From contig CM082584.2 in NCBI GenBank assembly GCA_040954595.2, forward strand, positions 8,633,146 through 8,697,145: a DNA stretch of 64,000 nucleotides, read 5' to 3'. Origin of the DNA: Balanoglossus misakiensis. Its lineage: Eukaryota > Animalia > Hemichordata. The notes beneath the pieces were generated by a model. It was not told the origin of the DNA. It saw only the letters and a list, made by a program, of their open reading frames with translations, and searched no databases. Positions 1-14,600 of the stretch are shown piece by piece; the first letter of the stretch is position 1, and each line of letters opens with the position of its first letter. Made by a program: the position numbers and the translations under genes.

Positions 1-3000
1 AATTTGATAAACAAACAAATCAAGTATACAACATTTCCTGTTACAGAAGTTTGGGTAAATTTTTTCTCAAAGAACCCTGCAAGTTCGGTCCTTTTTGGTT
101 TACAGTACACCAGTTTTTTTTCTAGAGTAATACTAACATGCTTGCAGTAAACATGTCAGTCCTCATCAGCTTCTCGGTCGCAAAACCCGAACTCTGATAC
201 GGAATAAACTCAATAACATCGCTGGCTACAAATACTGGCCCGAAAATCTAATTTTCCGCAGAAAAAATATCAATACAAGCAGGGCCGGTAATCTCTCTGT
301 TCAGAAGTAAATTAACTTGATCATCAAATTAAGGTTCCGCGCAGAGCGGGAGATTAGCTGAGAACGCATGTTTCCTCTTGGTGTTCTGACTGCAGAGTCG
401 GTTTAATCTAATCTTGTATGAATTGCACAAATTTACTACAGTGGCTTGAATGGGGAGAGTTCGGCTGGATTTGCAAACACTGTGAGATGCAAATTGCCAA
501 ACGAAGATAAGGTGGACCTGGGGGCTCCAAACACGCCAAAATTGGATTTATTGATTTAACTCAGCTCATCAGCGGGTCACAAGGGGTCATTTGTAATTTC
601 AGCTATTCCGACGGGGATACGAAAGTCGATCGAAAAATTATTTTTCTGTGGGATATGAAAAAAAGAGTTGCGTCATTTTGAGCCCGGCAGACACGTTGAT
701 ATCAGTTGAGAAACTATTAATTAGAAACACAATCAAACTTGTGACCCGATCGGGTGCTAGCCCACCAGAAACGAATTAACCCGCATAGACTAATTCTACT
801 ACATTGCATTAGCTTCAATCAAAATGCTGGTGCCACGTCTAGACTTTGGAAGGATGGAAAAAAATCAAAATCTACCAGCGACTCTGGCAAGCCTTTCAGC
901 TACTTTCAACCCTAGTGGAGCCCTGACTGTCTTGGAATACTGTAAGAACCAACTCATCCTGTGTATAGCTGATGGTTCTCTTGGACAAAGGAAAACCTCT
1001 TGTCCCTTTCTCGCTAAATTCAAAAAATAAACGGGAAAAAATCAGAATTTTTAATTACATGTTTTATTTTCAAATCACCTTTGACGAGAAGGAACTCCTT
1101 GTATGTTTGCCATTGGTACACGAACACACACAGAGGTTGGTAGTATACTTGAGATTTGAATGCAGACACATTTCCAGACTCTTTCAAGAACAGTGCCAGA
1201 CATACCAAACCGGCATTTGCCCAAGACGTATTGATTGCCCGGGTTTCCAGTTAATCTGTTGGCCTATCCGCCAGCGGATTGACAGCCAAGTCCCAGCCTG
1301 TTTGCCCAACTGCTTACACGGAATCATAAAGGGAAGGGGGGGGGGGGGGCTCGTTCAGGTAGACCTTGATGCTCCTTCTTGTCCGCGCGAAAGCTCGTCT
1401 GCAAATATTGGCCGAGGCAAACAGGCCGGTCAATGCTTTCCTTTATCCGCTCTGCTCGCGAATTGATGTCGGAGCAGAAGAGGGGGAGGACAAAAACCAC
1501 GGCATGAATGCGATTACACTTTTGATTAGGGGAGGGGGGGCTTCTCCGGTGGCGCGGCGTGTCATGTCGGACAACACCACTCTTGACACCGCGGAACACT
1601 CAGTGGCTGAAAAGAGCCGATGATGGACTTGTAAACGAAGGAGGGAGGGCGGCTTCTGGTATTCGGTGACTCCTTCCCTCTGGCTATGAGCTGCGTTTTT
1701 TTTTTTTTTTTTCTGTTCTGTTCTGACGCGGAACACCTGAATAGCGGGGAGCCACTCTCGTCTCAAATACACAGCCACTGGCAGTGAGTGTGGTCCTGAT
1801 TCACCGTTTGCCCTACTTTATCAACATTACCATGGCAACCGAAACCTAAAAAGAGAAAGGAGTAGTACTACGTGTACTTTTCCGACAACAACTTTTATCA
1901 AACAAGAAGAAAAAGCGTGCTCTCAACCAAAATCAGCAATAAGCGAATAACAATAATTTGGGGTGTCTTTTCCTCGTTTCTGCCTGATTACTACACGCGA
2001 AAGAAAACTACATTATAAACAAATCTTTTCAAACTTTGTACAACACGTACACCCTACAACCCCTCTCGCCATTCATGCCACTACACTGTGACCAAAACGA
2101 GGTGAACCACAGAGCGAAACCCTCCACTAAGAATTACCGGAGTTTCACGTTACAAGTAAATAGAGGCAGACAGTGATGGAGCGATCCCCGACGAACAATG
2201 GGACCATGTGCGATACACCACTGCGTGTATTGATTTTCTGGGAGACTGTCCGGTCTCGCTGCCACCAGGCAAGCAAGCCGTCTTCGACGAGTCGATCACT
2301 TTATCATTCGCGGTGACGCAAACTACGGCGGGACACCGTCACGTTGATGTTCGCGGATCTTCATTACTCGACAAAGTGGAAGTAGGAGCCTAGCCGCTGT
2401 GAGCCCCTGCGATACAATTTTCTTCAGTCAAATTGTTTGAACCCTGTGACCTTTTCGCTCGAAGCAAGGAACTGTAAACTCCAGTCCAGTGGGTTATTAA
2501 CGCAACAATATATGTTACCCACGTCGACCCTGTCTGCCAACCACCGGTCACACACAGAAAACTTTTCCAATTTCACCCTTGCGCTTTACAGAAGAAAAAA
2601 GAGGATTATTTATAATTGGCATATTCATACCTGTGCAAGACATTCCATCAAAACGGGCCCCCATTTCAAACTCTTGTGATTGGATCTTCGTGAAGGTTAG
2701 CTGAGCATGGAAGCAACTGACCCCTCCCATTCGTTTTTATTTCACCTGCCATTTACGATATCTGACGACGTAACAATCCTCTTCTCTATGTCTTTTTTTT
2801 TTTATTTACTCCAGCGTATGTGCGTAGTGTGCACAATCTTTTATTCGGCCCAGAAAACTTATTCCTGTGATTACAGGAAGTCGGAACGACCGCTGTACTG
2901 CTGCAAACTTCACTCTGGGAGAAATCTGTCATGATCTCCGTGATTGGCATGTGGGGGGCACACCAGTACTTCACCGGGAGGGGTTTACAGTTACCGCATC

Positions 3001-6000
3001 CACAACAATGGGAGCGATTTCTGCATAATAGCCGTGCTGTGAAAAAGCCTTTTGTTACAGCATACAAAGTTCTACTGATCTCAGTGTATCCAAACTTTTC
3101 AACAACTGAGAACTCCCCCCCCCCTTTCCTCCTCCCAAGTCTTTGCTCCTCCCGGTAAAACTGCCCATACAAAGTTTTGTCTTTCGCCTTTTGGAGTGAT
3201 TGTGCATATCTGATTGCCAAGTAGCATTTCTGAACAGACTCATTTTGATAGTACAAATGGCATAGATTTACTCTTTTCTTTTAGGATTCAATACTCTTTG
3301 AGTTCGACAAAAGGTAGCCCCTCTAATTATAAAGACACGGTTTCTTGTTTAATTAACACCGGCGTTGGCAACTTTGTCTTCTTGATTCTTTCACTGCATT
3401 GTTTTACCGTTCATCTCCGTCAGTCCGAGACCTCTGCACTATCACTGTTACACGACACTTTGACCCGAACCGGGACCGACCCACATATAAACAGCACAGA
3501 GGCTATTTATAACATTATAACAAAACATCACAAAGTTTTAACAGAAGTCTTTATGCTTTGTTAGAGGTTCTTGGGGATGAAGTTGCAGTGTTTCCAAGCA
3601 GTTGCCTGTTCTAGATTGCTTGAAATTAAGGTATGCCAATCACAGGTAGAGTCAAAAGTAATTGGATAGCCTCGGGCCGGGCAACACACGCTGGCCTCCT
3701 TATTTTTTTCTCTCTGACAGTGACAGATACGGTTTTCTAATCAATCAAATACCAGAACACAAACTCAAAACAGTTCATGTCAAAAATAATAAATCAGCAG
3801 GAAATATACTTGCGGGCTATTTTCACGGAGAGGACTGGGTGAGCGGATGTCGCAAAATGCAAAAATGCGGCGTAGACTTGTCATTTCAAAAACAGCCCAG
3901 TTTGCTGACACACAGAGGCAGGGGTCACTTCGAAAACTCACGGCAAGAACAACGCAGAAGGTAAACACGTAGTCCCTTTGAATAGCACACTAGGGCATGA
4001 TCGCTTTTCACTCCAGCAGCATTTTGGGAAAGACGGAGGGGAGATGGCAGCCGAGCAGAGAGGCAATCAGATGCCGGGCAATGGGGGCATTCTCATGGAA
4101 ATATTTCTGGTCCCAGGCCCTTTTGATCATATTGATCATATCCACTCGGGCCCGCTATTGTGCTCATTAGAAACTTTGCACATTCAAAGAGGCGCTCATG
4201 CATACCCTGATCTGGGCTGGCTTCGAGTTATCGAAAACAACTGCACCTTTTTTTCTCTCTCTGCCTCTTTCTCCACCTCTTTCGTTCCCCGGGTAAATTT
4301 TAATCCCTCCCTGCTAAAAGTGTGCATTTCGTGGTTTACGCCGCATTTCAATGCGCTGGCTGTTTTGCCCTCGCTGCAGTTCTTCACAGGAAACAGACAG
4401 ACTAATCACAGCCCACGGCTATAATACAATACTATACCAGAATAAATTTTTAATTCTCTTCTTCGGACAATGTTACCACTTCGCTCACAAAAGTAGCCAA
4501 CTCCCCCCCCCCCCCATGTCCATTTCACCCTTCATGAAGAAAAAGAGTATAAAAAAGATTCTAGGGGTAGTTGTCATGGAAATGTCAACACTCTTAATTA
4601 ATGATCCGATACAGTTGAGTTCTAAGTCTAAACTTTATTAACACGTTCACAATGATATATGCAAGGTACCATACAAATGACAAAATACAGTTGTTTACTA
4701 CTCAAAGAATTGGAACTTAAATAAAGTAAGTTTTAAAAAATATTAGTTAAATTGGATGATTTTGACTAGTCGCCGGGGGACTGGTCTAGAACAGAGAATA
4801 ATTCATTACTTTTTGTTTGTGAGGTTTTAATATTGCACGATATGTTCATTTCAAGAAAATAAAAGTATTTATCTCACAGAAAAATTTAAGAAACAACTTT
4901 ACCATTTACTCTTGTAGTAAAGTTCCGAAAACACTTTATTTGGTGCAGACTTGACTGGTATACCTTACGGTGTAAATGGTGCGGTTTCGTAAGATATGTA
5001 AAGTTGGGCAATTAAAAATGCAGGTTGAAAACAATTAAATGGGGTTGTTTATCAAGTTCACGCTGGGCACTGGAAAGTTTTGACAGTTCGGGGTGAAATA
5101 CGTTAGACAATAAAGCGGTCGCACAATAGGCGTTAACACTCTTGCCAAATAGACTCGGTCCGGTATTGTTACAAAATGGGGCACACCAAAAACATTACCG
5201 CTCGCAAAGATAGGAATTTCTCCCAGCTCCGTGATGGAAGTGATTGTCGATATCCATGACACAAGATTTAAACCATACGCGATCTATTAAAATTAACAAG
5301 GACCGTTATCGCTGGTTCGCTTTACGCTGCGGTGTATACTGACTTGCTCCGGAATACTAGGCTCTGTTTATCATCGAACTAAAGCGCAGCATGTTATAAA
5401 CTTTCACTGGGAGAAGTCTTTCATTTGGCTCGATCGATACCGGCTCCCCGCTCGATTATCACAGTAACTTGACAGCTTTCACGCTATAAACACGGCGTGC
5501 GGTTTACACACGCATCCAGCACTGCAGGCAAGACTGCAGAAATCGTGAAAATGCCCCGATCCACACACAGCAGACGAGTCGAGCTGTCAAAGTCACTTGC
5601 TGGGCCATGTCATGTCCGTTTCCTTTCGTTCGCGTGTACATTTCACTCTCACTCACGAACCGTCCATCCACACACACACTGGAATAAACTTACCCCAGAA
5701 CAGTAGAACCAGGAGCCATCGCTGAGCTCGACACCGCCAAAATACCCTCCATATCATCCTAGATAGTTCAAACATACCCTGTCTGTCACATACAGGGTAG
5801 AGGCGAACGTTCAAAGGTATAAAACCTTGAGTTTTTGAGCGCGATGTGTCTCTTTCAATGGCTGTATGCACCCGTGGAGTATCAAGTAACCCACTCACTA
5901 AACTTGTTTCTTCGCTAAACTCATTCCTATGTAAATCAGCATTCATATTCAAATTAATTACAACCTCGTACAAAACAAGGTCTTTCTCCATTATTTCCTC

Positions 6001-6528
6001 GGATCAACTGTCAGAACGCATTGAGAAAACTAATCAAGCAACCTTTATTAGCTGCTTAGAGGGGTCTTTTATGCCCCCAAAATCCCAATGCAAGCGACTA
6101 TCGGTTTCCACAATGATGTTTTTCATATGGACTGCTATATGCAACGATGCGCTCTAATGTCGAGCTCATAACTAGCGTTCTTTGTGAGCTGGGGGCGCTC
6201 ACTGAACTCAACCGAAAGGATGCGTCTACTACCAGCCTTTCCATGCCCACATTTGTATTCTATTTTCCTCCATTGGAATTCCAGACTATCATTTACGACA
6301 CGTAATCCAACAAAATCTGATCAGTTAGAAGGCTATGTTAATTTTGTGGGCTGGTATATACCCACATTTTCCGTCCCTGTCTTTACAAAAAAGATTCCCC
6401 CGATATGTAAGTATTCTTAAGAAATGAATTCCTACATGTAAGGGGTTAACATTACATACAAATCGGTGAAATGTCAAATTCCAGGACTTTATTGGGGAAA
6501 GTCATCACCTGTCGACGTTCTTCATTCA

Positions 6529-6532
<4 letters not shown>

Positions 6533-6615
<83 letters not shown>
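6533..6615. repeat. (CT)n microsatellite
   Basis: About 40 uninterrupted CT dinucleotides read directly. Confidence 0.97.
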
Positions 6616-6619
<4 letters not shown>

Positions 6620-8099
6620 AAAAGTCAGTGTTTCGGTCAGTTAATTTTTTGCGGCAGGATATCGCAACTTTAAGTTCATCGTGAGTAATATCACTCGCTG
6701 GTTAACTGAAAACGCAATGTGAGAATTAAAATGTAAAACATCCACATACCATGAAAATGACAATACTTTAGTTTTTTTTTTTTTTTTTTGCGGCTCGCGG
6801 GCCCTGCAGACCCTTTTATGGATAAAGGTTCAAACCAGATTAACAGCGGGACAGGCCCACACGAGTCTCGGATTTCTACTTCCCCGATATTCTCATTTCT
6901 CGTGGCACAAATTGCAGACAGTATTACGAAAGAAAGCAATCAGACTTACAGGCTCGATAATGTTGAGTCATCGGGATCTACGCGCAATATATTTATATTC
7001 ATTGTCACAACAGCCACGCGATACTTGTCGAAAATATTCCCTTTCGTCTCGAATTTCCTTTCAGAGCAGTATTAATATTGGAAAATCAGATACCAGGAAA
7101 TTTGATGCGAAACAGCGCCATATTTTGTGATATCACGCCTTTGTGTGTTAACTTTTGGTGAAATTGGTCTTTTCTCCGTAGAAATTTGATTAGCGATGAG
7201 TGTTTTACATTTCGTGAGATTACTTTTGTTTGATATGCGTGTCACATCGTCGCCGGCTCAAAATCCACATCCCGCTACACAGACATAAAGTGATCATGTC
7301 AAACCGATAATTCTCACCCCAACCTACCCCTAACAAAGGACTGTGTAAAATCAGAACGCAAGAGAAAAAGGGGCAGTGACCTTTGGTTCGAAAACGCAAA
7401 TGATGAAGTGAATTTTGGTATAGCTTTTGATATTCTTGGGCGATTTTCTACGTCCAACTGGAAGTAACCATGTAGAAAAGAAAGGCTAGGAGCGTTCAAG
7501 ACAGTTCATGCGCACCTAAATTTTAAGATGAGATGCTCATCACTCCAGGAGAATGGATTAACTGCCTTTGTTTCAGGAAACAACAAGATCTCCCGGTCAA
7601 AAAATATAGTACTCATCACCACCCGGGAATATAGGGCAAAGTCACCCGCGAAATTAAGTCGTTCCGAAGACGTTTCTATTTTGTTTCCGACCTCTGGGTT
7701 TAGATGGATTTGTGCCTCCGTCTAAAAGTGCAAACTTTGACACGTAAACTTTACGAAAAGTGGAAGTGTAGCGAGAAAACATTTACATAGTCAGGTCTTT
7801 AAAAAAATACGAGAAGGAACTGTTGACCAATATGCACTGTCATCGAGATTAACCACCCCTTTTTGCTTCAGTAGCCAGCGATTTATATACTGTCGAGCTA
7901 CATCATTGTCAGCGTCGGGTACTAGAAGAAAGAATTGGCTTGTTCTGACTACAGAGGGCGCGCGCTTATTAAAGCTGGTACTTGCACCAGTACTTGTATT
8001 ACTATCATTTTATCACTCTTTTGCTTTAAATCTTCATGTATTTTTATATAAAAACTAATGTTGATGTATGATTTATGTTGGTTTAATCGTCATAGACTA

Positions 8100-8655
8100 C
8101 CGATATCAATTGACTTGCAACGCCGACTATGGTTGGCTGACTAATGAAAAGGAAAAGTTTGAGCCAATCGAATTAGTTGTTATAAAGACCAACTCAAACT
8201 TTCCATCATTCGCCAGTGACTTTGATCGCCATCCAGAATAACATGTAAAATGTTAAAGAGAGTGTGCTTATACCGCTGTTTAGTTTACCTCGGTCGTTTT
8301 CGCTGTCAAATTCACCCGGCGCGAGCTCGGACTGCCAAAATTCAAAACATGAAGGGACGTCCCAATCACGTGACTGTAGTTTGACCTGACCTTTTCTGAG
8401 AACGCACCCCTGAACCAGGAAGTAAGGGGTTTAAACTGCTCTGTGCGAAGTTATCAACATGAGAACCGGTGATTGATCGTGAAATTTCTGGTGTACAGAC
8501 CGTATTGTCCACACTGTTCAATCAGCTACACCGCGGAACCCTTTTCATGAAATTTGTAGATATTAGTTGAGTGTTATCTGGGCTTTCTGTCGTCCCGTAC
8601 AACTGAAGTACACGTATTTTGACAAATTGACTTCCGCCTTCGCACCCGGACGAAC
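8100..8655 (+). promoter_or_regulatory. Probable promoter/5' UTR of the FYB-like gene
   Basis: CpG-richer segment immediately upstream of the ATG at 8656, with CCAAT boxes (gagccaatcg ~8161, cccaatc ~8361), an E-box CACGTG (~8367) and an ETS-type core (caggaagt ~8417). Motif-level evidence only; the TSS is not determined. Confidence 0.45.
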
Positions 8656-11600
8656 ATGGCAGGCTCGGTAAGTTCCTCCCATTCCACGATCTCTGTCTAA
8701 AGAATTCGTCTCACAGTGACACAAAGTGTTAACTTCCACGTCTAAGGGGGATACGAAACAATGTCGGGAAGCCATGTACAAATATACCTGTCCCCATGTG
8801 ATGAATGAAGTTAACCTAGATTCTTTCAACAAATCACAAAGGGGCGGGGTGTTTTTTTGAAGTCTCTCTGGTTTTACACGCATCACTTCCACATTTTCAT
8901 CAAACACACACATTCAGAGTGCAGCAGATTATAAACATTGGTGTCATCGTTCTCAGTGCTGACCAGACAGTCTTATTCTCGGGGATACACATGACTGTAG
9001 TGAGAGAATTTGAAAATGTGTAATTTCTGAAGAAGTCGAGACTGGGGAGCGCTGGTGTTTTACCTGAAAAGTAGGACAGTTTATAACTTGCTTGTGTATG
9101 CTAGTTGCAAGAATTGAAGCCTTGGTAGGCTGGGTGGCTGGATCAGCGCGATATATCTAGCCACCCAACCAACCTACCAATGCTGCAATTCTTGCAGCTA
9201 TAGTCTAGTACAGTGTACTCACTAATTGCTGCGGATCTGTGACCCCATGCAGTACCACTCCCTTAGACGTTTGTGTTTACTAGACAACAACATCAAAAAG
9301 GGAGAGCTGGGACACAGATCCATGACAAGTGTGCCGACAGAATGCAAACGTATGCATGTACTTGTGAAAGCTGTGTCTTAGTTGGAAGATGCAAGCACAG
9401 TAAATGTAATTGTTTAAAGTGTGTGCGTGTGTGTGTGGGGGGGGGGGGGTGCTACTCAAAATGTAAAACTTATTTTCCTGGGTTTTACTTGTGTTGTATA
9501 TCAATGAATCTTAAACACAAAATTCTGTTAGTTTAAAAACAGACTCATCTGATTACTACTTCACAACACGTGTTCACTTTATCAATTCACTGTACAAGAA
9601 TGATTCAAATGTAGTTCATAGTTCATCCTGAGCTTTTGCTATTTAGGTTGGTAAATGATTTGGGGAACCCTCGTAACATATCTACTATCAATTAATAAAA
9701 ACGCATTACATCATACCAAGGGGAACCTCAGTAAAAATGACTGGGGAACCCCGGTAACATTTATGTGAGTGCCACCCTTTAACAAGGAAAAAATCTGTGT
9801 CATCTACTTACTTGTTAATGATTATGGTATATTTGTCTCCCACTTCTAGTATACACTGTACTTAGATCTTGCTAACAGAAACTGTCAGGAATGATCAAAT
9901 CTAGGAACCATAGAAACATTTATGTGGGGTTTATAGTGAAGCATTTATAGCCAGTTGCTAAAGTAGGAACTTTTGTTCCTGTTCTTCAAAATGTCAGAAA
10001 GGTTTAGCAGATAACAATACAGTCCACTCTGGTGAATTACTTCACGCGTTTGATGTACAAAACAGAGAAAACAGCAGGGTCTATGCCAGACCCTTGTCTA
10101 GGTCACTGCGGTCACCCCATTCTTCCTTGTAAATGGATAAATGCACATTGAATGCCACTAGAATGAACCGAACACTCATGAGGCATGAGGATTTTCTTTC
10201 AGTTTCAATGTACAAAAATACTACAGGTACACCAAAACTTTGATTACTATATTAGTATAACCCTTGAGTTTTATAATCCAGGTTGTCACTTCCCCCTCTA
10301 CTGTCTATGCTTCCACCACCACAGTATCTTGAAACCCACACACCAGCAAATTGTGGGCTAACCCATGTGCAGGGCAATAGGGGTGAAAGGGTAATAACCT
10401 TGTTCTTTCCGTGACAAGGATAAGACCCTGGTGTTTTCAGGAAATTGAATGAAACGGCCGAAAGATATGATGACTGTGGGGATTTATATTTCCTGAAACT
10501 GACAAGCTGTGATTTTTGATATTCTGTCTCTTTGTATTCCCTTGAGTATCAATTTCATATTCCTTTATACATCTCCCCAGTGTCTCCTCGAGTCAAATTT
10601 ATTCAGTGTACATGTAGAACAAGACCTGTTCACATAAATTTGTCAGTTTCGTGGCATCTCTTGAATTACATCACTTGGCTGTGCAGCTGGTCTAAAAGCT
10701 ATCTTGATTTTATTTTTTGTTGTTTATCTGGTGGAGACTGTGTCATTGATAATGACTTGTTATTTATTAATTTTTGTCACTGATTTGTATCATAATAATA
10801 GCAGAGCAAACACAAGAGTCACGGCTTTATCTTGCTCACTCCGGAAAGTTGGACTTTGTTGTCGGCGAATGGAGATATATGTGACATGTTTAATCCCAAC
10901 TTGTTTCATTTGGCTGATTGTTCGCAGGGTGGAAAGATCAACGTGCGGGCCTTTGCGGAAAAATTCGAACAACAGGGAGTGATAAAAGCTGAAACAAAAG
11001 ACACAAAGGAACACCACTCGAACAAGGCTGAGGGCCAGCCCAAGAATGAAACGAAAAAGGTAAACGTGGCGAATTTTAAGTCTCCGTCGCCCGCGATGAC
11101 GGGCGCGCCACCCAAGGTGATTTTCGGGAGAGACACGCTGAACCGACAGCTGACAAAAGTCATTGGCAAGACACCGTCGATGTCGGAGGAAAATGAGGAG
11201 GACAAGAAGCCGAAGGTTGAGCCGAAGCCGGTGGCGACGACAAAGCCCGCTGTTGTTCCGAGAGTGAATAAAGTAACGCCGCCTGCCCGGGGACCGAAAC
11301 CGACACCAGCTGCCAAACAAGTCCAGGGTGCGAAAAAGGCCCTTCCACCGGAACCACCGGCAACGCCAAACGGAGTCGCGGAGAAGAAGGATTCCGCCAA
11401 GGAAAATAGTGCTCCAGTCGACCACGTGAAAATTAAGCCCACCCCAGCGCCGGTGTTGGAGGGAATAATCGCAAAAAACAGGCTGTCCAGAGTGACGAAG
11501 AGAAAGTCGTACCAGAAACCGAAGGAAAATCCCATTCCACCGGAAGGAATTCTGGGAAAGGCTCCGCAGAAGCCACCCCGACCACCTATTATTCTGGAAG

Positions 11601-14600
11601 TGAAGAGAGACCTTCGAGGTATGTAAAGCTACATCTCCTTCCCTCTGCAATGAAATGGATTGCCCCCCCCCCCCACCTGAAATGGCAGATTCCATTTTTG
11701 CGAGGTTTTCCCTTTAATCCCAGTCTTTTATGAGGAAGATATGCATAATGGAAAAATCAAATGCCTCAGAAATTTGAACAAAACAAAATACCTGCCTTAC
11801 ATTAATCAGCTAGTCTTATGGGTATTGCAGATTTTTATCACTTGTGACCTTTAATACAATAAACAAAACTCAAAATAGCTGTCTAGTTTATCAACTCTGC
11901 CAACCAGGAAATGTCATTTGATTTGACTTTTCCTGTTTGTGCTGGGCCCAGTCCTTGCCGATTTCAACCTGGATCTACAGTACAGATAAAGTGTTGTTTT
12001 CCCCAGTTACTAACAGCGAGCCGGGTTGGCCTTAAAAAATATAAAAATAAAAGAACCTCAGAGAGTCTGGCAGACAAAACAATCACATCAGTCTGTTCTG
12101 TTATCTACACACTCATCAATGACACATTCTTTTTGTAAATCAGTCCTTGAGTCCCTTGATCATCAGATTTACCTTGTGAAGGAGAATATCATTTGAATTT
12201 CCATACGACCTTTGATTCTGCAGAGCAAACACGTTAGAAGGCTGCAGGGTCGGTGAGCCAGCTAACTCATTTTGACAGTTGACAAACACAAAATAATTGC
12301 GTGACTGGAGTGATGCTGGGATGCCAGGAATTTCAGAGCATTTTACATTTAATAGAAAACAATGTACACTAAATGTATATGCGGTAGATTCCCATATTTC
12401 TGTCACCAGCTCAACAGTGTCCAGGGTGCGCATTGCAGATGCCATCCAGGTCACTGTGTTCGTCAAAAAATAATGCGGGATGTGTCACTCGACATGTTTT
12501 GGCAGTGTGATATCCACTGAATTTCTATTTTCGTGTCTCCAGCCTATCTTCCTGTTTCAAATAATTATTCGTTTTGTTTTGCATGCAGCACCATTGCCAC
12601 CGCCTCCAGAATTTGCGATTCTGGAAGAGGAATTTGAGCAAGAAGAGTACGATGAAGTAGACATTCCGGGACAAAAAGGGGGAAGACCAGTATCTATAAT
12701 GTGAGTTGATTTCCATTCATACTTGTACCACTGATTATAGTTTATAGATAGGCGGGGTGGATATTTTTTTTGGTATGTTAGATAGGTTGCTTAGCAATAG
12801 CTGACCTTTGAACTCTTTGAAATATATGTGACAAGCAAAGCTGAATTTACTAACCTGAAGTGGACCACATATTGTTAATCCCAGTTCCTAATTTACAGAG
12901 TAAATAAATGTCTGGTATGCAAAAATGTGAGTAGATGTGAATGGAATTCATTCCACTCCTTGAAAGCTCTTGAAATTCCTAGAAAAATTGTCACTGGGAA
13001 TATAACATTCTTGCCGTCAAAAATCATGGAAAAAATATCTGGATAAAAATCCTAGAATTTTGAGTATGTTTGACCCAATGAAGCCTTTATGTGCTGTCAT
13101 TCTTGGGTGCGTGACCTTTGACATCTAGACAAAACACATTGCCCTATTAACTTCAAACCAAGGTAGAGGTGATTCTATTGTTAAAAGTTTTGGCCAATTT
13201 TACCCGATAGAGGTTGCATTGATCAGGCCTGCCTGTTCTGAAACCAAGATGGTTTCTAGTTTTTATAGGCTTTTGGTTCCATCCATGGCTGCTTTGCACT
13301 AATCCATCACTAATTATCTGTCATTACAGCCAACCCATGACAGAAGACGAGGAGCTCGGCGAATTCGGGGAAACGTACGACGATGTGGATGCAGTCAGTT
13401 CTCCCACGTTGTCGACGCCCGCTCGAAAGAACGACCCGCTTCCCGCACCTCCACCATTGTCGCCGACACTACAAGGTTTTCACAAAATTTTACATTTTTT
13501 GTCTGAATCTGGACTTGATTTCAGTTTCAATAGCAAAACTGACCCAACATGCATAGCTTCTCTGTGGTAATCAGTTTCTTGTCAAGCAAACCAATTTAAT
13601 TTACAATTAGTTGTAAAAACTAGGCTAGACAAAAAAAGAGGAACAAAAACATCAGTGTTATTATGCCCAGGGACATTAACCCTTTCACCCCCAGTTCCCT
13701 CTTTAGAGGTCCAACCTTCCCATAGAAAACAATGCATGTTAGACTGGACCATAGTGGAAGGGTTAAGTTAGCGTCGACCGCAGTAAACAGTCACTGTGTT
13801 TCAACATTCAGTGACCTTCATTATGCATACTTATAAATAAAGTTGGAAAATTAAAGCAGATAGAATTTTCCTGGTCAGTTTCCTGGCATATATCTCTTCC
13901 TGGTTTTAATCTCAAGTTGTCAAAAGGAAAAACTCGAAGTCAGCTTCAGGGAAGTAAACACATAATTTTGGCTGATTTCTTATCACTACATGTATGTATG
14001 GAAATCATGTCTGAGAGAAATTGTTGAGTCTTCACCCATCTCGTATGAAAACAAACTTAGTGTTCTTTTTTGTTTTCCTCAGCACCAGTTGCACCAGTAG
14101 GTCCTGCCCTAATAGAAGAAGAAGTTTACGATGATGTTTCGGATGGGGTCAGTATTTATATACAATGTATATATTCAAAGATTGAAGTCAGAACAAAAAA
14201 TTAAAATCCTAATGTGGATTTGTCATTGCATGTTACCAGTATTAATACACTTTTCCTTGAAAATTTATTGTGCCTTACACAGCACTCTGACAGTGCACGT
14301 TGTGTACTAAATAAATGTTGAAATATTGTTGATACAGGCCGTTCATGTTTCATATTTTACTTACTGAAGTCTAACTCTAACACTGATAATGATTTGTGTC
14401 ACTGTTGCAGGAAAACCAGGATGAGGGTGAAATGGAAGATATTTATGAAACCTTTGATGATGTGGCAAGTGAGAGGTAAAAACTCATTGTGTGTGTGTAC
14501 ATTTGTTTGTTTTCAAGTGCGAGTTTGCCCTGCATTTAATCCCTACTCTGCTACCTGGACTTCACCATCAGAGATTATTTGATCATAGCTTTACCATAAT

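Noticed and set aside
824-8000. Numerous 60-160 aa ORFs in the first 8 kb and in 35-43 kb
   Set aside because: No domain similarity, no consistent splice-phase chain and many rely on non-ATG starts; consistent with random ORFs.
10790-11695. Minus-strand ORFs of 301, 209 and 69 aa
   Set aside because: Antisense shadows of the GC-rich, Pro/Lys-rich FYB exon 2; no recognisable domain.
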